A stretch of DNA of 64,000 nucleotides from an uncultured Gammaproteobacteria bacterium (lineage in GTDB: Bacteria; Patescibacteriota; Microgenomatia; UBA1406; HO2-37-13b). Under the pieces are notes generated by a model. The model was not told the origin of the DNA and ran no database searches. It was given only the letters and a program-made list of their open reading frames with translations. Location: positions 159,129 through 223,128 of the forward strand of contig CAYPSA010000001.1 of assembly GCA_964413645.1 (NCBI GenBank). Direction: 5' to 3'. Made by a program: the position numbers and the translations under genes. This document shows, in pieces, positions 62,308-64,000 of this stretch. Numbering within the stretch: position 1 is the first letter of the stretch; each line of letters opens with the position of its first letter.

Positions 62308-63651
62308 GTGAATAAAAAGATTCGATACTACTATTGGCTCATTCGAGCATTTTTAGGCAAGAATGCTCGCTTCATGATTATAAGCGCCATCGGCAGCTTT
62401 TTTCTAATTTTTTCTATTATCAATTTCTATCCAGTCATTGATGCATCACTATTCACCCAAAAAGAGATCATTGGTATGGTAGGTGAATACCAAGTACAAT
62501 CTCCTCCATCAGAAATTGCAGCACATATTTCAAATCCGCTCATCAATATTAACGACAAAGGCCAAATCGTTCCGCTTCTTATTGATTCATGGAGCATGAG
62601 CAAAGATGGAAAAACATATCGATTCAATTTGAAAAAGAATCTTTATTGGAGCGATAAAAAGCCGTTCACTGCTCATGATATTAGGTATAAATTCAACGGT
62701 ATTACTATGAAAGTTATCGACGATATGACTATCGAATTTCATCTTTCCCAAAAACTTGCTACGTTTCCAATCTATTTAACACGTCCATTAATTAAGTATC
62801 CGCTCATTGGAATTGCTGGCGTATATGATAGACAAAGCTATAAGGCATCAAAAGGCAACATTACCGAGATGCGTTTGATTCCAAACAAAAAAGATCTTCC
62901 AACTATTACATATAAAATGTACACAAATGATAAAGCGCTTGTAAATGCGTATAAACGCGGAGAAATTAGAAATTTTAATACATCTCGTAAATCGATCGCA
63001 GATGTGTTTGAAACATGGAAGAATTCAACAGTAACAAAATCTGTCGACTATAGTCAAATAATGACGCTTTTTTATAATACTCAAGCCGGAATTTTGGAAG
63101 ATAATGATTTTAGACGTGCGCTTAATTATGCAACTCCACCTGAAAAAACGAATGGACAACCTGCAAGTGGCCCAATTCCACCCACTTCGTGGGCATACTA
63201 CTCTAATTTGAAACGGTATGCATATGACCCAGAAAAGGCACAAGGCATTGTTGAAAAGAAAACCGCATCTGAATCTGCAACGCTTTCGCTTACAACTTTC
63301 TATGAGAATATTACCCTAGCAGAGGAACTTAAGAAGAATTTTGAAGCAATTGGAATTAAGGTAAATCTAAAAATTCTGTCTTACATCCCCGACGATTTTG
63401 AATTACTACTAACTGCATGGAGCCCTCCGCAAGATCCTGATCAGTATTTTTTCTGGCACTCAACACAAAATGAAGGAAATATTACCAAGCTGAAAGATGT
63501 AAAAATTGATAAAGAGCTTGAGGATGGTCGAAATTATATTCAAGTTGCCCGTCGAAAAGCCGTGTATCAGCAGTTTCAGAAATCTCTAGTTGATGAAGCC
63601 CCTGCAAACTTTTTGTACTATCCGTATCAATACGAAGTGAAGCGAAAATAA
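62308..63651 (+). CDS. ABC transporter substrate-binding protein, family 5-like (peptide/nickel type), N-terminal TM anchor
   Basis: The length, domain order and the WSPPQDPDQYF region resemble SBP_bac_5. It starts with GTG. Confidence 0.5.
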   Translation: MNKKIRYYYWLIRAFLGKNARFMIISAIGSFFLIFSIINFYPVIDASLFTQKEIIGMVGEYQVQSPPSEIAAHISNPLININDKGQIVPLLIDSWSMSKDGKTYRFNLKKNLYWSDKKPFTAHDIRYKFNGITMKVIDDMTIEFHLSQKLATFPIYLTRPLIKYPLIGIAGVYDRQSYKASKGNITEMRLIPNKKDLPTITYKMYTNDKALVNAYKRGEIRNFNTSRKSIADVFETWKNSTVTKSVDYSQIMTLFYNTQAGILEDNDFRRALNYATPPEKTNGQPASGPIPPTSWAYYSNLKRYAYDPEKAQGIVEKKTASESATLSLTTFYENITLAEELKKNFEAIGIKVNLKILSYIPDDFELLLTAWSPPQDPDQYFFWHSTQNEGNITKLKDVKIDKELEDGRNYIQVARRKAVYQQFQKSLVDEAPANFLYYPYQYEVKRK

Positions 63652-63652
63652 G

Positions 63653-63982
63653 TTAATCCATACTGTCTATAACTATAGAGGCATCCAGCGTATTCACTCT
63701 TTTATCATTGTTAATGTCCTCGGCTAAATTTTCACCTGATTGACCGTATTTATTAACGAGAATTCTGTAATCTGCCCAGTCAACTATTCCATCTCCATTT
63801 AAGTCTTGCGTCTTGATCTTTCTGAACTCGTTTATAGTATCGCGATTAAATGGTTTTATATTACAATCTGCTTGACAGTTATTAACGTCCTCACCAATGG
63901 CCTTGTCGCAAATATTATTACCACACATATTCTTCGGAGTAACAGCAACCTGTTTTGGAATATTGAAATCGCTTAATTTCAT
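63653..63982 (-). CDS. small dockerin-repeat protein
   Basis: DLNGDGIVDWADYRIL and DINNDKRVNTLDASIV are a dockerin type-I Ca-binding repeat pair. Confidence 0.55.
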   Translation of the reverse strand: MKLSDFNIPKQVAVTPKNMCGNNICDKAIGEDVNNCQADCNIKPFNRDTINEFRKIKTQDLNGDGIVDWADYRILVNKYGQSGENLAEDINNDKRVNTLDASIVIDSMD

Positions 63983-64000
63983 AACCAGTTTTTCTTTTCC

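Overview
This 64 kb window looks like a small, AT-rich genome of a Patescibacteria/CPR-type bacterium. That assignment is an inference from the gene content, which is almost entirely housekeeping.

Genes in the order they occur:
- **1-3.5 kb:** a cell-envelope polysaccharide cluster with two GT2 glycosyltransferases and an O-antigen-ligase-like protein.
- **3.5-8.2 kb:** tRNA-Thr, an Nramp metal transporter, an MFS transporter, PgeF/YfiH, tRNA-Gly and a LysM protein.
- **8.3-10.1 kb:** a metzincin-like protease, then an unusual tRNA-Asp locus.
- **10.1-18 kb:** PolX, LemA-HtpX, a cluster-less Nth and gatCAB.
- **18-27.6 kb:** dnaE and a complete F1Fo ATP synthase operon (I-a-c-b-delta-alpha-gamma-beta-epsilon).
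- **27.6-31 kb:** a strong promoter, tRNA-Ala and a 23S rRNA with no linked 16S or 5S.
- **31-40.5 kb:** topA, pyrG, rplS, yraN, tRNA-Glu, a phosphodiester-glycosidase-like gene and a holA-like gene.
- **40.5-52.7 kb:** a central-carbon block of phosphohexomutase, IMPase, PGI/PMI, ppsA, eno, gpmI, a PfkB kinase and acs.
- **52.7-64 kb:** rsmI, then uvrB-uvrA-(transglutaminase-like)-uvrC-secG, an ABC substrate-binding protein and a small dockerin protein.

Two things are not ordinary. The first is the tRNA-Asp locus. An intact tRNA-Asp(GUC) is followed by four perfect 76-bp tandem copies of a tRNA-Asp-derived pseudo-tRNA. A small GIY-YIG nuclease gene sits directly upstream of the tRNA; its stop codon lies inside the tRNA acceptor stem and its start codon abuts a fifth, partial pseudo-tRNA copy. 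The second is a family of roughly 60-100-bp palindromic MITE-like repeats with GTCATYCTGAG / CTCAGAATGAC termini, found at nine or more loci. These copies sit on gene boundaries: they supply the start codons of nth and ppsA and the stop codon of gatA, and one copy lies in-frame inside gatB.

Several genes have near-consensus sigma70-type promoters placed so that the mRNA would be leaderless.
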